64,000 nucleotides of DNA, from the IMG/VR virus record IMGVR_UViG_3300025626_002025. One strand, given 5' to 3'. The notes under the pieces were generated by a model that ran no database searches, had not been told where the DNA came from, and saw only the letters and a program-made list of their open reading frames with translations. Origin of the DNA: a virus. Positions 28,565 to 38,559 of the stretch are shown one piece after another (the first letter of the stretch is position 1; each line of letters opens with the position of its first letter). Position numbers and translations under genes: made by a program.

Positions 28565-29182
28565 TTATAAGATTTCACAACCAACTGAAAGTAGTGGTTC
28601 TGCTTTTTTGTATTTCATAAATTCAGTAGAACCATCTGGTAATTTTACCATTACCCTTTCGTTTCTACCATATTTTTTTGGTGCAATAATTGTAGTAGTA
28701 TATCTTCTTGAAGAATCTGTTATAAGAACTCCATTAAGGTGGTCTATCTCATGTTGAGCACAAACACACTCTAATAATCCTTCATCTGAAAAGAATTCAT
28801 TAGAATCTTTCCATTCAGAATCTACCTTATCTGGTCCAAATTCTACTACACCTAAATTATCACATTCTAGTTTAAATGATTTATGTCTTATTGTTTTAAC
28901 TGGTTTTCTCATGGTTTTATCTAATGATAAACATTGCTCTACATACGCAACAGTTTCCTTAGATACATCAATAACTCGTGGATTAATTAATACCAATGGT
29001 TCTTTAACATTAATTACACACGCACGAATATCCAAACCAATTTGATTTGCAGATAGTCCAATACCACCATGTTTAGTAAGTTCTGTTAATAAAGTTGTTG
29101 ATATTGAATCAATTTCTTTTTTACTCATTGGTTTTGCAATCAATGGAGTTTTTAATTGACTTTCTTTTTTAATTAATTTCAT
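28565..29182 (-). CDS. def: Peptide deformylase with C-terminal extension
   Basis: GIGLSANQIG, EQCLS, QHEIDHLNG. Confidence 0.92.
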   Translation of the reverse strand: MKLIKKESQLKTPLIAKPMSKKEIDSISTTLLTELTKHGGIGLSANQIGLDIRACVINVKEPLVLINPRVIDVSKETVAYVEQCLSLDKTMRKPVKTIRHKSFKLECDNLGVVEFGPDKVDSEWKDSNEFFSDEGLLECVCAQHEIDHLNGVLITDSSRRYTTTIIAPKKYGRNERVMVKLPDGSTEFMKYKKAEPLLSVGCEIL

Positions 29183-29432
29183 CGAATAAATTTAATTGTT
29201 TTGTTACTAATTTTCTTTTCGTTACATCTCCACCAAAAGGTCTTTCATATATTGTTTCTCCCTTATCAGGTGATTCATATATTTTTATATCCTTATGTTG
29301 GTTGAGATATTCTTTTTCTTTTCTGTATATATCTCGTACAGCCTTTCCCAACTCCATATCGTTTGGGTAATCTTTTACTAATTGTTCTATATTCATTATT
29401 CTGCTATGTTTAAATATTTTTCTAATAACCAA
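29169..29432 (-). CDS. Hypothetical protein
   Basis: YPNDMELGKAVR and IYESPDKG segments; real start may be 29396. Confidence 0.55.
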   Translation of the reverse strand: MVIRKIFKHSRIMNIEQLVKDYPNDMELGKAVRDIYRKEKEYLNQHKDIKIYESPDKGETIYERPFGGDVTKRKLVTKQLNLFDEIN

Positions 29433-29869
29433 GATGAAGATTGTACTTTATCTCCTAATCCCCATACTGAAGCTATTCCATATGAATTACATACATCATT
29501 CTCTGGTGTAGTTGTTTCTGTTCTATCTCCTCCATTACCAAATGCCATATTACCTTTCAACTCACCTCTTCCTTCTTTTATCCACTTTAATCTAGCTTCA
29601 TCTATAAAGTCAATTGCAGTATTATCTCCACTTGATTTTGGATTCATTATATAAACCCAATCAACTGCTTTTAGATTACTCATAATAAAAGCTCTTTCTT
29701 GTTCTTTCATAAATGATTTACCTTTTTTTCTTCGTAACCAACTATCGTTGTTTAATCCAATCCAAACTTCATCTGCCAATTCTTTAGCTATATTAATACA
29801 CTCAATGTGTCCTTTATGAACAGGGTCAAATCCTCCACTCAATAGTATTACTTTATATTTTTTAGTCAT
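29396..29869 (-). CDS. Cytidylyltransferase (HIGH family, TagD/RfaE-like)
   Basis: SGGFDPVHKGH, GLNND, NGGDR, SSS. Confidence 0.88.
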   Translation of the reverse strand: MTKKYKVILLSGGFDPVHKGHIECINIAKELADEVWIGLNNDSWLRRKKGKSFMKEQERAFIMSNLKAVDWVYIMNPKSSGDNTAIDFIDEARLKWIKEGRGELKGNMAFGNGGDRTETTTPENDVCNSYGIASVWGLGDKVQSSSWLLEKYLNIAE

Positions 29870-29887
29870 CTTAAGCTATTTGTTATA

Positions 29888-29919
29888 CAAATATACGAAA
29901 AAATTTTCATATATCCTAA
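29888..29919 (-). promoter_or_regulatory. Bacteroidota-type promoter
   Basis: TTAGGATAT...CGTATATTTG. Confidence 0.65.
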
Positions 29920-29920
29920 T

Positions 29921-30886
29921 TTATTTCCAATTAAATCCTGCACCCATGTGTCCAAACCCAGCAGTTCTACCGAATATTGGATTTCTAAGTTCTAGGAAAT
30001 CAATAATTCCATTTGGAGATAAATCATATCCTTTAATAAATTCGTGTTTTCCATCAACAATTGCTGTTGCTTGAAGTGGTTGATTATATCCAATTGCATA
30101 TGCAAGTTGTACCATCACTTCCTGTACCTCTGGTCTTTCTTCTAAGATATCTACTGCGATTCTTCTTCCCATATATGCCGCACTTCTATCTACCTTCGTA
30201 GCATCCTTCCCACTAAACGCTCCTCCACCAATTGGAACTCTCGGTCCGTAATTATCTACTGCTAACTTTCTACCAGTTAACCCAGCATCAGCAGTAAACC
30301 CACCAATGTTCCAATCACCTGCAGGATTACAATGTAATGCTTCAATGTGATATTGTGGATACCTACTAAAGAATCCTCCCACTAAACCTTCTAACATTTC
30401 GGTTGGTGCATTTTGGAATGAACAAACAACTCTAAGTGAGTTACCATTCATAGTAACTTGAGTTTTACCATCATATGGATATTTATCAAATACAAATTTA
30501 TTTAATTCTCTTGATAGATAATATTCTTGTGGTAAGAATTCTTCATTATCTCTACAAGCATAACCAATCATAATTCCTTGGTCACCTGCTCCACCAGTAT
30601 CTACTCCATTTGCAATCTCTGGTGATTGTGAGTTGATGTTAATGATAACTTCAATCTTATCATCGGTAGTTATATTATGTACTGCTCTTACGATATCTTC
30701 TCGTGTTACTACTGCATTTGAAGTAACTTCTCCTGTAATAAACACCATACCAATTCCTCCACAAGTTTCAATTGCTACTCGTGAGTTTGGGTCTTGTTGT
30801 AAATGTAAATCTAATAATCTATCTGATATTCTATCACACATTTTATCTGGGTGCATCGGTGATACACATTCTGCGGTTCTTATCAT
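29921..30886 (-). CDS. metK: S-adenosylmethionine synthetase
   Basis: HPDKMCDRISD, GAGDQG, DAGLTGRK, GGGAFSGKD.TKVDRS. Confidence 0.96.
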   Translation of the reverse strand: MIRTAECVSPMHPDKMCDRISDRLLDLHLQQDPNSRVAIETCGGIGMVFITGEVTSNAVVTREDIVRAVHNITTDDKIEVIININSQSPEIANGVDTGGAGDQGIMIGYACRDNEEFLPQEYYLSRELNKFVFDKYPYDGKTQVTMNGNSLRVVCSFQNAPTEMLEGLVGGFFSRYPQYHIEALHCNPAGDWNIGGFTADAGLTGRKLAVDNYGPRVPIGGGAFSGKDATKVDRSAAYMGRRIAVDILEERPEVQEVMVQLAYAIGYNQPLQATAIVDGKHEFIKGYDLSPNGIIDFLELRNPIFGRTAGFGHMGAGFNWK

Positions 30887-31159
30887 TCTTCTAATTTTTG
30901 TTGTAACTTTTGGATTTGTAATTTTATCTTTTGTGTTTGAGGTTTTATTAACTTCAATCTTCGTACTTCTGCGGTAATTTCTTTTTTATCCATTTTTGAT
31001 TTGGTTTTTTAAATCTTTATATTTCTTATTCCACTTTGAAATTTCTTCTTTATAACCTTCCTTAATTAAATCTTGTTTTTCAAGTTTTAATTTAAGTTCT
31101 TGATTTTCTTTTTCGAGTTGTTCAATCTTAATCTCGTATAATCTTTTATGTTCCATATT

Positions 31160-31657
31160 TTAATTAGGTGATTTTATTCCTATTATTTCTTTGTATTTCT
31201 TTTTATAACCATCGTAATGATTTAAAATTTCAGATTCGTATTTGCCATCGTACAATTCTCCTTTTCCTGGCATTATCATATCAGTTTTGATTCCAAAGGA
31301 TTTATTTAATTGTTTTAATTTAGATTCAAATTTAACTGCTCCCAATGCTTGAAATTTATCTTCTCTTAATATCTCTATGATTTGGAATGATTCTGCACCT
31401 TCGTATCTATTTTCTGCAAATCTATCTTTGATTGAATTTTTGGTATATCCGATTTTGATTCCTTTGTTGGTTCTTACCACATATACAATATGTGTTCCAA
31501 AACAACTATCGATTCGGTTTACTATATAAGGTATTAATTTAGGATACTGAGTTAATAAGATAGGTAACCATTCGGCCAATCTTCCCCAATCCTTAGTTCG
31601 TTTTAATTCCTCATATAATTTATAATCAGTAAGAGTTTCACTTTCCCAAAATTTCAT
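31160..31657 (-). CDS. GIY-YIG-superfamily (T5orf172-like) protein
   Basis: VYVVRT...IKIGYT...RF...E motif. Confidence 0.6.
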   Translation of the reverse strand: MKFWESETLTDYKLYEELKRTKDWGRLAEWLPILLTQYPKLIPYIVNRIDSCFGTHIVYVVRTNKGIKIGYTKNSIKDRFAENRYEGAESFQIIEILREDKFQALGAVKFESKLKQLNKSFGIKTDMIMPGKGELYDGKYESEILNHYDGYKKKYKEIIGIKSPN

Positions 31658-31660
31658 ATG

Positions 31661-32683
31661 CTAATTACTTAAAGGTGCTTTAATTGTTGGGTGATATTTG
31701 TATCCTTCTATTTCATAATCCCATTCTCCACTTAAAATATCTACGTTAGATAATTTTATTGTTGGTAATGTAAAAGAACTTCTTAATCTTTGTTCTTCTG
31801 CTTGTTCAATATGATTTTTATATAAATGAGTATCACCTAAGTTCCCAATCAGTTCACCAGCAATCATATCACATTCATCAGCAATTAATTGTAGTAACGT
31901 ACCATATGATGCGATGTTAAATGGTAACCCTAAGAATGTATCTACTGAACGTTGATTCCACATTAAAGATATAGACCTCTTCGGTGTTGTCGTATAATAA
32001 TCATCATCAAAATTAGGTATATTCGACTCATTATATTCCATACCTGTCTCATAATTATTTTTAAACCAATACTCATACCTCTCCCTATCACTTAACTCTC
32101 TCGTATAAACTTGGAATCCATAATGACAAGGAGGAAGAACTACATCACCTAACTCACCTACGTTCCAAGCTGATACTATTAATCTTCTACTATTGGGGTT
32201 TGTTTTGAGTTCGTTGATTAGATTTTGGATTTGGTCTATTGTTCTAGTATGATAAACCCCATCCATTGTTTTGTGAGGTACGTTTACATTCCATTCTCTC
32301 CATTGTTTACCATAAATTGGTCCAAGTTCTCCATAGTTTCTTGCAAACTCCCAACCTGATTTTATTTTTTGTATAAACTCTTTTTGAGTAAGTTCATCTT
32401 TATGTGGATATGCTTTATATGCATCACCATCCCAAATATGACAATTATTATCAACTAAATATTTGATGTTAGTATCTCCTTTTAGAAACCACTTCAATTC
32501 AGTCATCATAGTTTTAACTGCCATCTTCTTTGTGGTTAGTAAAGGAAACCCTTCACTCATATCATGTCTGATTTGTTTACCAAATACAGATATAGTACCT
32601 GTACCAGTTCTATCACCCTTTTCCTTTCCTTCTAACAAGATATCTTGCAATATCTTTTGGTATCGTAAATCTAAACTATTCAT
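31661..32683 (-). CDS. thyA: Thymidylate synthase
   Basis: DRTGTGT, FPLLTTKK, LGPIYGKQWR, LPPCH, QRSVD.FLGLPFNIASY, DTHLY. Confidence 0.97.
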   Translation of the reverse strand: MNSLDLRYQKILQDILLEGKEKGDRTGTGTISVFGKQIRHDMSEGFPLLTTKKMAVKTMMTELKWFLKGDTNIKYLVDNNCHIWDGDAYKAYPHKDELTQKEFIQKIKSGWEFARNYGELGPIYGKQWREWNVNVPHKTMDGVYHTRTIDQIQNLINELKTNPNSRRLIVSAWNVGELGDVVLPPCHYGFQVYTRELSDRERYEYWFKNNYETGMEYNESNIPNFDDDYYTTTPKRSISLMWNQRSVDTFLGLPFNIASYGTLLQLIADECDMIAGELIGNLGDTHLYKNHIEQAEEQRLRSSFTLPTIKLSNVDILSGEWDYEIEGYKYHPTIKAPLSN

Positions 32684-32684
32684 A

Positions 32685-34064
32685 TTATAAATTATGTAAT
32701 CTTTCTATTTCTTCTTTTATTTTTATATTCCAAGGTCCCCATGTGATATTATCTATCATCCATTTTCTATAATAAGGAGGAATTGATGCAACAGGTTTAC
32801 CTTTATACTTTCCAAAGGTCATATAAATCTTTTCTATATCACCATCTTCGTTTTTCTTTTCTGCAAGATTGATACCACCTTCTAAGTGAATTCCTATTTC
32901 GTGCATTGGAATACCTGTAAGTTGCTTTTTACCTTCTCCAAACAATTCCCATTCTTCACCACCAGTATCTTTATAATATAGTTCTTCTACTTTACCAAAC
33001 TTTTCTACTGAACCTACAAAATCTACAACCAAACAATCTTTCTTATCATCGTGAATACGAGTTCCTCTTCCAACAAACTGATACCACCAAGATATAGATG
33101 CGGTTGGTCTACCGGTAATCAAACAATCTAATTCAGGATAATCAAACCCAACTGTTAGTACATTAACTTGTACAATAACTCGTATCTGTTGATTTCTAAA
33201 TTCTTCTATGATTCTTTTTCTATCAGCTTTTGGAGTTCCTCCATGAACTACTGCTGCTTGTGGTATTCTTTTTGCAAGATTAGTAGCTTGTTCTATCGTT
33301 GGTACTGCAACTAATATAGATTTTCTATCTTGTACTTCTGCAATCTTCTTTACAATCTTATCACCAATGTTTTGATTCTCATAAGAACGAGCAATAGAAT
33401 CACTTGTATATTCTGCACCACTTGAATTATAAACAAGTGCACCTGTATCGAAATCATATGATTGATATTCTAGTGGACTCCAATACTTTAATTTAACAAT
33501 ATCTTGAATCTGAGAAACATGAAGTATGTACTTAAAGAATACACCATGTTTAGAACGATTCGTTAACATTACTAATTTTGAATATGGACCAGTATCTCCA
33601 AGATTAGTTTGTAATTTCAAGGGGGTTGCAGTAAGACCAAGGACATGAGTTGCTTTCATACCATCTACAAATCTTCTTAATTGTCCTGATTTGTTTCGTG
33701 GGTATCTGTCACACTCATCTATGATAATCTTACTCACCCCCATTTGTTTGAACTCGTGTGCAATATTGATTATCGAACCAATTGTTGCGTAAGTTACACG
33801 ACCCATTTCTTTACTACCAGCTGATGCTGAATAGATTGATGCAGTTCCACCAAGAGTAACAAACTTATTATAGTTTTGTTCTAATAACTCCTTTGATGGT
33901 TGTAGAACCAAAATCTTTTCACCAAGTTCTTTGGCAATTGCAGCAATAACAATCGATTTACCGAAAGCAGTTGGTGCTACGATAATCGATGGTTTCATTT
34001 TTGGAGTTCGTAAAAACTCAACTCCAATTGCTACTGGTTCTATTTGATTTTCTCTTAATTTCAA
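32685..34064 (-). CDS. Superfamily II helicase (RadD/YejH/UvsW-like) with C-terminal FGKYKG module
   Basis: APTAFGKS, DECD, LTATP, LTVGFD, QFVGRGTR; MTFGKYKG...YRKW tail. Confidence 0.9.
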   Translation of the reverse strand: MKLRENQIEPVAIGVEFLRTPKMKPSIIVAPTAFGKSIVIAAIAKELGEKILVLQPSKELLEQNYNKFVTLGGTASIYSASAGSKEMGRVTYATIGSIINIAHEFKQMGVSKIIIDECDRYPRNKSGQLRRFVDGMKATHVLGLTATPLKLQTNLGDTGPYSKLVMLTNRSKHGVFFKYILHVSQIQDIVKLKYWSPLEYQSYDFDTGALVYNSSGAEYTSDSIARSYENQNIGDKIVKKIAEVQDRKSILVAVPTIEQATNLAKRIPQAAVVHGGTPKADRKRIIEEFRNQQIRVIVQVNVLTVGFDYPELDCLITGRPTASISWWYQFVGRGTRIHDDKKDCLVVDFVGSVEKFGKVEELYYKDTGGEEWELFGEGKKQLTGIPMHEIGIHLEGGINLAEKKNEDGDIEKIYMTFGKYKGKPVASIPPYYRKWMIDNITWGPWNIKIKEEIERLHNL

Positions 34065-34645
34065 AGTCCTAAATCCTTTCTTATATCTTCTTTTACTACT
34101 CGTAAGTATTTTGCTCTTTTTTCCTTATCTACAAATGGAACTGACCAGAATTGTTTTGTTTTTCTCCATCTATTAATGTTCCAACCAAATACAAATGTGT
34201 ACACACCCATTACCAATCTTAACTTAACTGAATTTAGATATAATGTAACAACAGGTAACATAGGTGCTCCATGTGTAATATATGTTCTAACCTTTTTATC
34301 TTTCAAAAATGGTTTTGGATAAGCGTACTTACCAAATAAAGGTACAAACTTATATGCAAATCCTGGTGTAAATACTTCATCGAAAAATGTTTCCATCTTA
34401 GGTGTCATTCTAAACCACCATACTGGTGATACAAAGTAAATATGAGTTGACCATGTAACCAATCGTTTATATTCAGTTATCAAGTCTTCTCGGTTTCTAT
34501 GTAGTTTATCATCATATACATCAATAACCTCAAAGGTTTCTTTGTATCTCTTCAGTTGTCTTATAATGGTTTTAAATATACCATTGTAACAAAATGATTT
34601 ATGGTCAGGATGACCGATTACTACTAAATGTTTTTTTGTGCTCAC
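34061..34645 (-). CDS. NAD(P)H-dependent oxidoreductase (flavodoxin-like fold)
   Basis: VIGHP..KSF, SPVWWF..P...FDEVFTPGFAY. Confidence 0.85.
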   Translation of the reverse strand: MSTKKHLVVIGHPDHKSFCYNGIFKTIIRQLKRYKETFEVIDVYDDKLHRNREDLITEYKRLVTWSTHIYFVSPVWWFRMTPKMETFFDEVFTPGFAYKFVPLFGKYAYPKPFLKDKKVRTYITHGAPMLPVVTLYLNSVKLRLVMGVYTFVFGWNINRWRKTKQFWSVPFVDKEKRAKYLRVVKEDIRKDLGL

Positions 34646-34860
34646 TTTAATTTATATTTCTTTTTATATCTTTCTTTAAAACTTATTCCAACTCCTATAT
34701 CGAGTATTTCGTTTTCTTTTGGTATTAATGGTTTTAATTTTCGTGTACTTATAATATCATCTACTCGTGTATTTTCAAATACTTCTAGTATTATCTTTGA
34801 GTTCTTACGAGGTCCTTTATGAACTACAACTACTTCTTGTATTTTATTTTGGTTAGCCAT
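34642..34860 (-). CDS. Hypothetical protein
   Basis: Overlapping stop/start with neighbours. Confidence 0.55.
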   Translation of the reverse strand: MANQNKIQEVVVVHKGPRKNSKIILEVFENTRVDDIISTRKLKPLIPKENEILDIGVGISFKERYKKKYKLK

Positions 34861-35083
34861 TGGTTATTATACCATATATAATTATTCCTATTATCATAGT
34901 ACCTAACCCTAAACAACCATATGTCATTACTTTCATATTGTTGGAATATTGTTTATCACTTCTTCCTTGTCTACTTCTATATTGTCTTACTTTCTTTTCT
35001 TCTTTCATAATTTTAAATTTTATTATCGTGATGTCTTTCTTTAATCTTTTTATATTTCTTTTTAAGATTCTTAGCATCTGCAT
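34853..35083 (-). CDS. Small membrane protein
   Basis: QYRSRQGRS followed by a C-terminal TM helix; start uncertain. Confidence 0.5.
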   Translation of the reverse strand: MQMLRILKRNIKRLKKDITIIKFKIMKEEKKVRQYRSRQGRSDKQYSNNMKVMTYGCLGLGTMIIGIIIYGIITNG

Positions 35084-35349
35084 ATTTTCGTTTTTCTACT
35101 GTATCAATAACTTCTTTTGTTTTGATTCTTTTTTCTCTTGCTGATTCTGATTTTTGTAATCGTTTTCCTCTATCCATTATTAAATAAATTTATTAACATT
35201 AATTGTATTAGTAATATTTTTTAATTTCTCTTTCATGTAATATTTTGCATACTCTTCCATTAAAGTATCTAACATTGTGTAATGAGAAAATGCATCCGAT
35301 TCTATCGGTTGATTTCCCCACTCATTTTTATCTAACCATTCTTTGGGTT

Positions 35350-35661
35350 CTAACATAGTTCACATTCAGGCATAAACCACCATAGTAATAATATAATAAT
35401 TATAGCAACTATTGTTACTATTACTTGAATTGGTTTGTTTTGTTTCTCTTTCCAACTTCTCATTTTCAATCCCCAATAAACTCCGATTCCAGCCGCCCAA
35501 TCCATAGCTCTACCTATCCAATCGAATGGTGGTATTTTTAAAAGGGTTATCAATCCTATAAGAAAACCTGTAAAGTATTCTTCTCCTATAATCAATCCAA
35601 TAGATGCTACTAAAAAGTACCACCCAATATATCTTTGTAAGTGTTGTTTTATTTTATTCAT
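35350..35661 (-). CDS. Membrane protein
   Basis: Several hydrophobic helices. Confidence 0.55.
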   Translation of the reverse strand: MNKIKQHLQRYIGWYFLVASIGLIIGEEYFTGFLIGLITLLKIPPFDWIGRAMDWAAGIGVYWGLKMRSWKEKQNKPIQVIVTIVAIIIILLLWWFMPECELC

Positions 35662-36601
35662 AACTTGATGTACTTAATAATCCACTATACGCACACTTAT
35701 TAGAATTAATATATGGAAGTATAGATAGTTCTTTTGCCTTTGCCTCAACCATTACATCTACATTGTTACCATATAAGTTTGGTAAATCATTAATGTAATC
35801 AGAGTGAGCTTGTGGTTTGAGTTTATCGTTTTCTTCATGTAATGCCTTTGATTCGGAATAATGAACCATTGGTGTAATACCTTCAGGCCATGTAGAGATT
35901 GCTAACTCTAATGCCTCTTGTTCTGATAAACCACCTGTGTTGAACTTGTGGTGATGGTAATCAAATACAATAGGAATACCAATACGTTCATGTATGTACA
36001 TCAAATCTTTTACAGAGTACATAGATGCTTTATCATCGTTCTCTACTGTTAACCTTCCTTGTACTGCTGGTGATAGTTTCTCAAAGTTCTTACAGAATCT
36101 ATCCATAGCAGATATCTTATCACCATACACACCATTACAATGAATGTTTAGTTTGTTATATGGAGTACGAGATAATCCTAACATATCAAATATCTTACCA
36201 TGAACTTCTAAATCAGTAATGGTATTCTTTACAACGTGCTCACGAGGAGATACTAATACGTTAAAAGGACCAGGATGTGATGTGATACGAATACCATTAT
36301 CAGTAGCATATTTACCACACGCTTTTAATATAGTTTCTATTCTGTTATAGTATGGAGAACTTTCTATATCATATTCAGAAGCCCATGGGAACATCTCCGA
36401 AGATAATCTGAAACATTTAATGTTGTTGGTATTGTTCCACTCTAAAATAGTGAACAAATCTCGTGAGTTTTGTAATCCTAACTCACCAGCATATTCTACA
36501 CCCCTCTCTAAGAATGTACGTTTAATCATTGAACGATTTGTAGTAACTTTTGGTTTCTGAGAACCAAGAGTCATGTTGATACAGGCATAACCTAAATTCA
36601 T
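35654..36601 (-). CDS. uvsE: UV-damage endonuclease
   Basis: LGYACIN, FRLSS, HPGPF, ENDDK, FDYHHH, HYSES, AHSD, VEAKAKE. Confidence 0.93.
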   Translation of the reverse strand: MNLGYACINMTLGSQKPKVTTNRSMIKRTFLERGVEYAGELGLQNSRDLFTILEWNNTNNIKCFRLSSEMFPWASEYDIESSPYYNRIETILKACGKYATDNGIRITSHPGPFNVLVSPREHVVKNTITDLEVHGKIFDMLGLSRTPYNKLNIHCNGVYGDKISAMDRFCKNFEKLSPAVQGRLTVENDDKASMYSVKDLMYIHERIGIPIVFDYHHHKFNTGGLSEQEALELAISTWPEGITPMVHYSESKALHEENDKLKPQAHSDYINDLPNLYGNNVDVMVEAKAKELSILPYINSNKCAYSGLLSTSSYE

Positions 36602-36621
36602 AATATATAGTTTTACGTTTT

Positions 36622-36663
36622 ATTTACAATGTAAATATACGAAAAATATTTGAATTATACAAG
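36622..36663 (-). promoter_or_regulatory. Bacteroidota-type promoter with overlapping palindrome
   Basis: TTG...CGTATATTTAC with ATTTAC-N3-GTAAAT. Confidence 0.65.
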
Positions 36664-36665
36664 CT

Positions 36666-37004
36666 TTATAGTGAAAAACTTTCACCACATCCACAAGTTC
36701 TATTAGCGTTAGGATTAGACCACTCAAATCCTTTACCATTTAATCCACTTGAATAATCTAATTGAGACCCAATTAAATACATTGAAGATTGCTTATCTAC
36801 TACTAATTTAATATCATTTAAGTCAAATGATTTATCACCATCTAATGTATCAGATTTTTCTCCAAACTCCATAAAGTATTGGAGACCACTACAACCACCA
36901 CTCAGTACACCAACTCTCAGATGATGTGTATCGGTTGATTTGTTTTCTTCTTTTAAACTGTCTAGTAATTGAGCTTTTGCTCTATCGGTAATTTGTACAC
37001 TCAT
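36666..37004 (-). CDS. iscA: Fe-S cluster A-type carrier (IscA/HesB)
   Basis: LRVGV..GGCSG.QY; NPNA..TCGCGESF. Confidence 0.93.
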   Translation of the reverse strand: MSVQITDRAKAQLLDSLKEENKSTDTHHLRVGVLSGGCSGLQYFMEFGEKSDTLDGDKSFDLNDIKLVVDKQSSMYLIGSQLDYSSGLNGKGFEWSNPNANRTCGCGESFSL

Positions 37005-37005
37005 G

Positions 37006-38289
37006 TTAATAAGTTTTTGTTGTAAAATCGTCTGGATATTGTTGTTTTATTTTTGTTAACTGTCCTTGTGAACCACCTCTGGATTTAATCCAATAGTTTA
37101 TAGCGTTTCTATCGTTTATCCAACTTTTAGTTTTAGACCAATCAAACCAAGGATGATGATAGAATGGTTTACCATTATATGCATTTTTCCAACCTCCGTT
37201 TTTATATGATTCTCGTGCTTCTTCTTCAGTTACAACACCATCTTTATTTAAATCGGCTTTATCAAATTCATCTTGTTTCTTTTGAAACTCATTGAAAGAT
37301 TGTTCTTTATCATTTGTCATTCCAGCAACTGTAAATAGCTCATCATCTTCCTCAACTTCATATGAATCTTCTCTTTCTAAGAAATCTTTTACATCTTCAT
37401 CGTTAGCCCATTCCTCTTCTTCTTCATTTAACTCATCACTATCATCATCTTCCCCATATAGTTCTCTCTTACGAACTACTTTATCTTTTTTAACAATTCC
37501 TTTATCAACCATTACTGCGTTGTTAAATGCAATTACAAGAGCAACTGCTAATGGGTCAAATACAAATATAATGATTAGAATAAACCAATTGATAATAACA
37601 TCCATAGGTCTATCTAACAACCCACTAAGATATTCAAGTGGTCCTAATTCAGATGATACACCTTCCATAGATTCTAAATCCAATATCTGTAACTGTATTC
37701 CTTGAAGTGAATCAGATGCTACTTCTCTTTTGGATTGAACACCTTTACGATTTTGTTCTTCAACTTCGATACGTTTCGCTGCCATCCTAAGTTCGGAAGT
37801 AGAGATGGTTGTTCTAACGCCCCCAACCACCGAGGTGTCTCGTACTTGGATTGATTGAGATTTCGCATTAGAAAGAGTACTAATGTTAGTAGAAATTCTT
37901 TTAAGTTCTTCATCATATCTTGCAACATCATCACCCCAAAACTGTTCTTTCTGTTGTAGGAATGCTAATTGTTTTTCTTTTATACTATATTGATTAAATG
38001 TATCTTGAAATGCAGATGTTAAGAATCCATAGATACCTAGTGAGGTTATAAGGATTAATATAAGAACTGCAATACTTAGATAGATTCTAAATGATTTATT
38101 TATTTTTTCCCAATAGTTGTAAAGATAACCAGCAGTTATAAGTTTTGCTAGTTCTAATGAACTTGCCATTATTATTACAGAGAATGCTGCTCCAGCAAAT
38201 AGTTTAGATAAACCACTTACCGAAAAGAACGCCGCATTAAATGCCACGAACAATGCTGCTAATCCTAATAATACTGTTCTGAATTTCAT
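37006..38289 (-). CDS. Membrane/coiled-coil phage protein with EF-hand-like loop
   Basis: N-terminal TMs, TSLGIYGFL, LGPL.YL, IFVFDPLAV; DLNKDGVVTEEE. Confidence 0.7.
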   Translation of the reverse strand: MKFRTVLLGLAALFVAFNAAFFSVSGLSKLFAGAAFSVIIMASSLELAKLITAGYLYNYWEKINKSFRIYLSIAVLILILITSLGIYGFLTSAFQDTFNQYSIKEKQLAFLQQKEQFWGDDVARYDEELKRISTNISTLSNAKSQSIQVRDTSVVGGVRTTISTSELRMAAKRIEVEEQNRKGVQSKREVASDSLQGIQLQILDLESMEGVSSELGPLEYLSGLLDRPMDVIINWFILIIIFVFDPLAVALVIAFNNAVMVDKGIVKKDKVVRKRELYGEDDDSDELNEEEEEWANDEDVKDFLEREDSYEVEEDDELFTVAGMTNDKEQSFNEFQKKQDEFDKADLNKDGVVTEEEARESYKNGGWKNAYNGKPFYHHPWFDWSKTKSWINDRNAINYWIKSRGGSQGQLTKIKQQYPDDFTTKTY

Positions 38290-38293
38290 AAGG

Positions 38294-38473
38294 TTACCCC
38301 CTAATTACAATCTCTCGTACTTTTTCTAATCCTCCAAGGACTTCTCGTAGATAAGTATCTGCTTGCTTAGAATCAGCAGGTCTTTCTCCTGTAACCATTT
38401 CTTTTACAATCTTAACTCGTGTTTCCATCATTTCGATTGTATCGTCTACTTTTGATTTGTAAATATCTTTCAT
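38294..38473 (-). CDS. 59-aa hypothetical protein (not in ORF track)
   Basis: MKDIYKSK...EIVIRG; late motif at 38496-38503. Confidence 0.65.
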   Translation of the reverse strand: MKDIYKSKVDDTIEMMETRVKIVKEMVTGERPADSKQADTYLREVLGGLEKVREIVIRG

Positions 38474-38495
38474 TTGATATAGTTTATTGTGTAAG

Positions 38496-38503
38496 TATAA
38501 ATA
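38496..38503 (-). promoter_or_regulatory. Putative late promoter TATTTATA
   Basis: Recurrent motif upstream of ATG 38473. Confidence 0.6.
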
Positions 38504-38512
38504 TTAGGATAT

Positions 38513-38540
38513 AAAAAAAGGGAGATTTTACTCTCCCTCT
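38513..38540 (-). terminator. Terminator after hsp20
   Basis: AGGGAGA/TCTCCCT stem with U-tract. Confidence 0.75.
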
Positions 38541-38559
38541 TCTTTTGAATGATTATGGG

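Noticed and set aside
31960-32110. Possible intron or intein in thyA (extra ~40 aa after the PPCH motif), with a GIY-YIG gene adjacent
   Set aside because: The insertion is in frame, short and lacks splice or intein motifs; the nuclease gene is free-standing.
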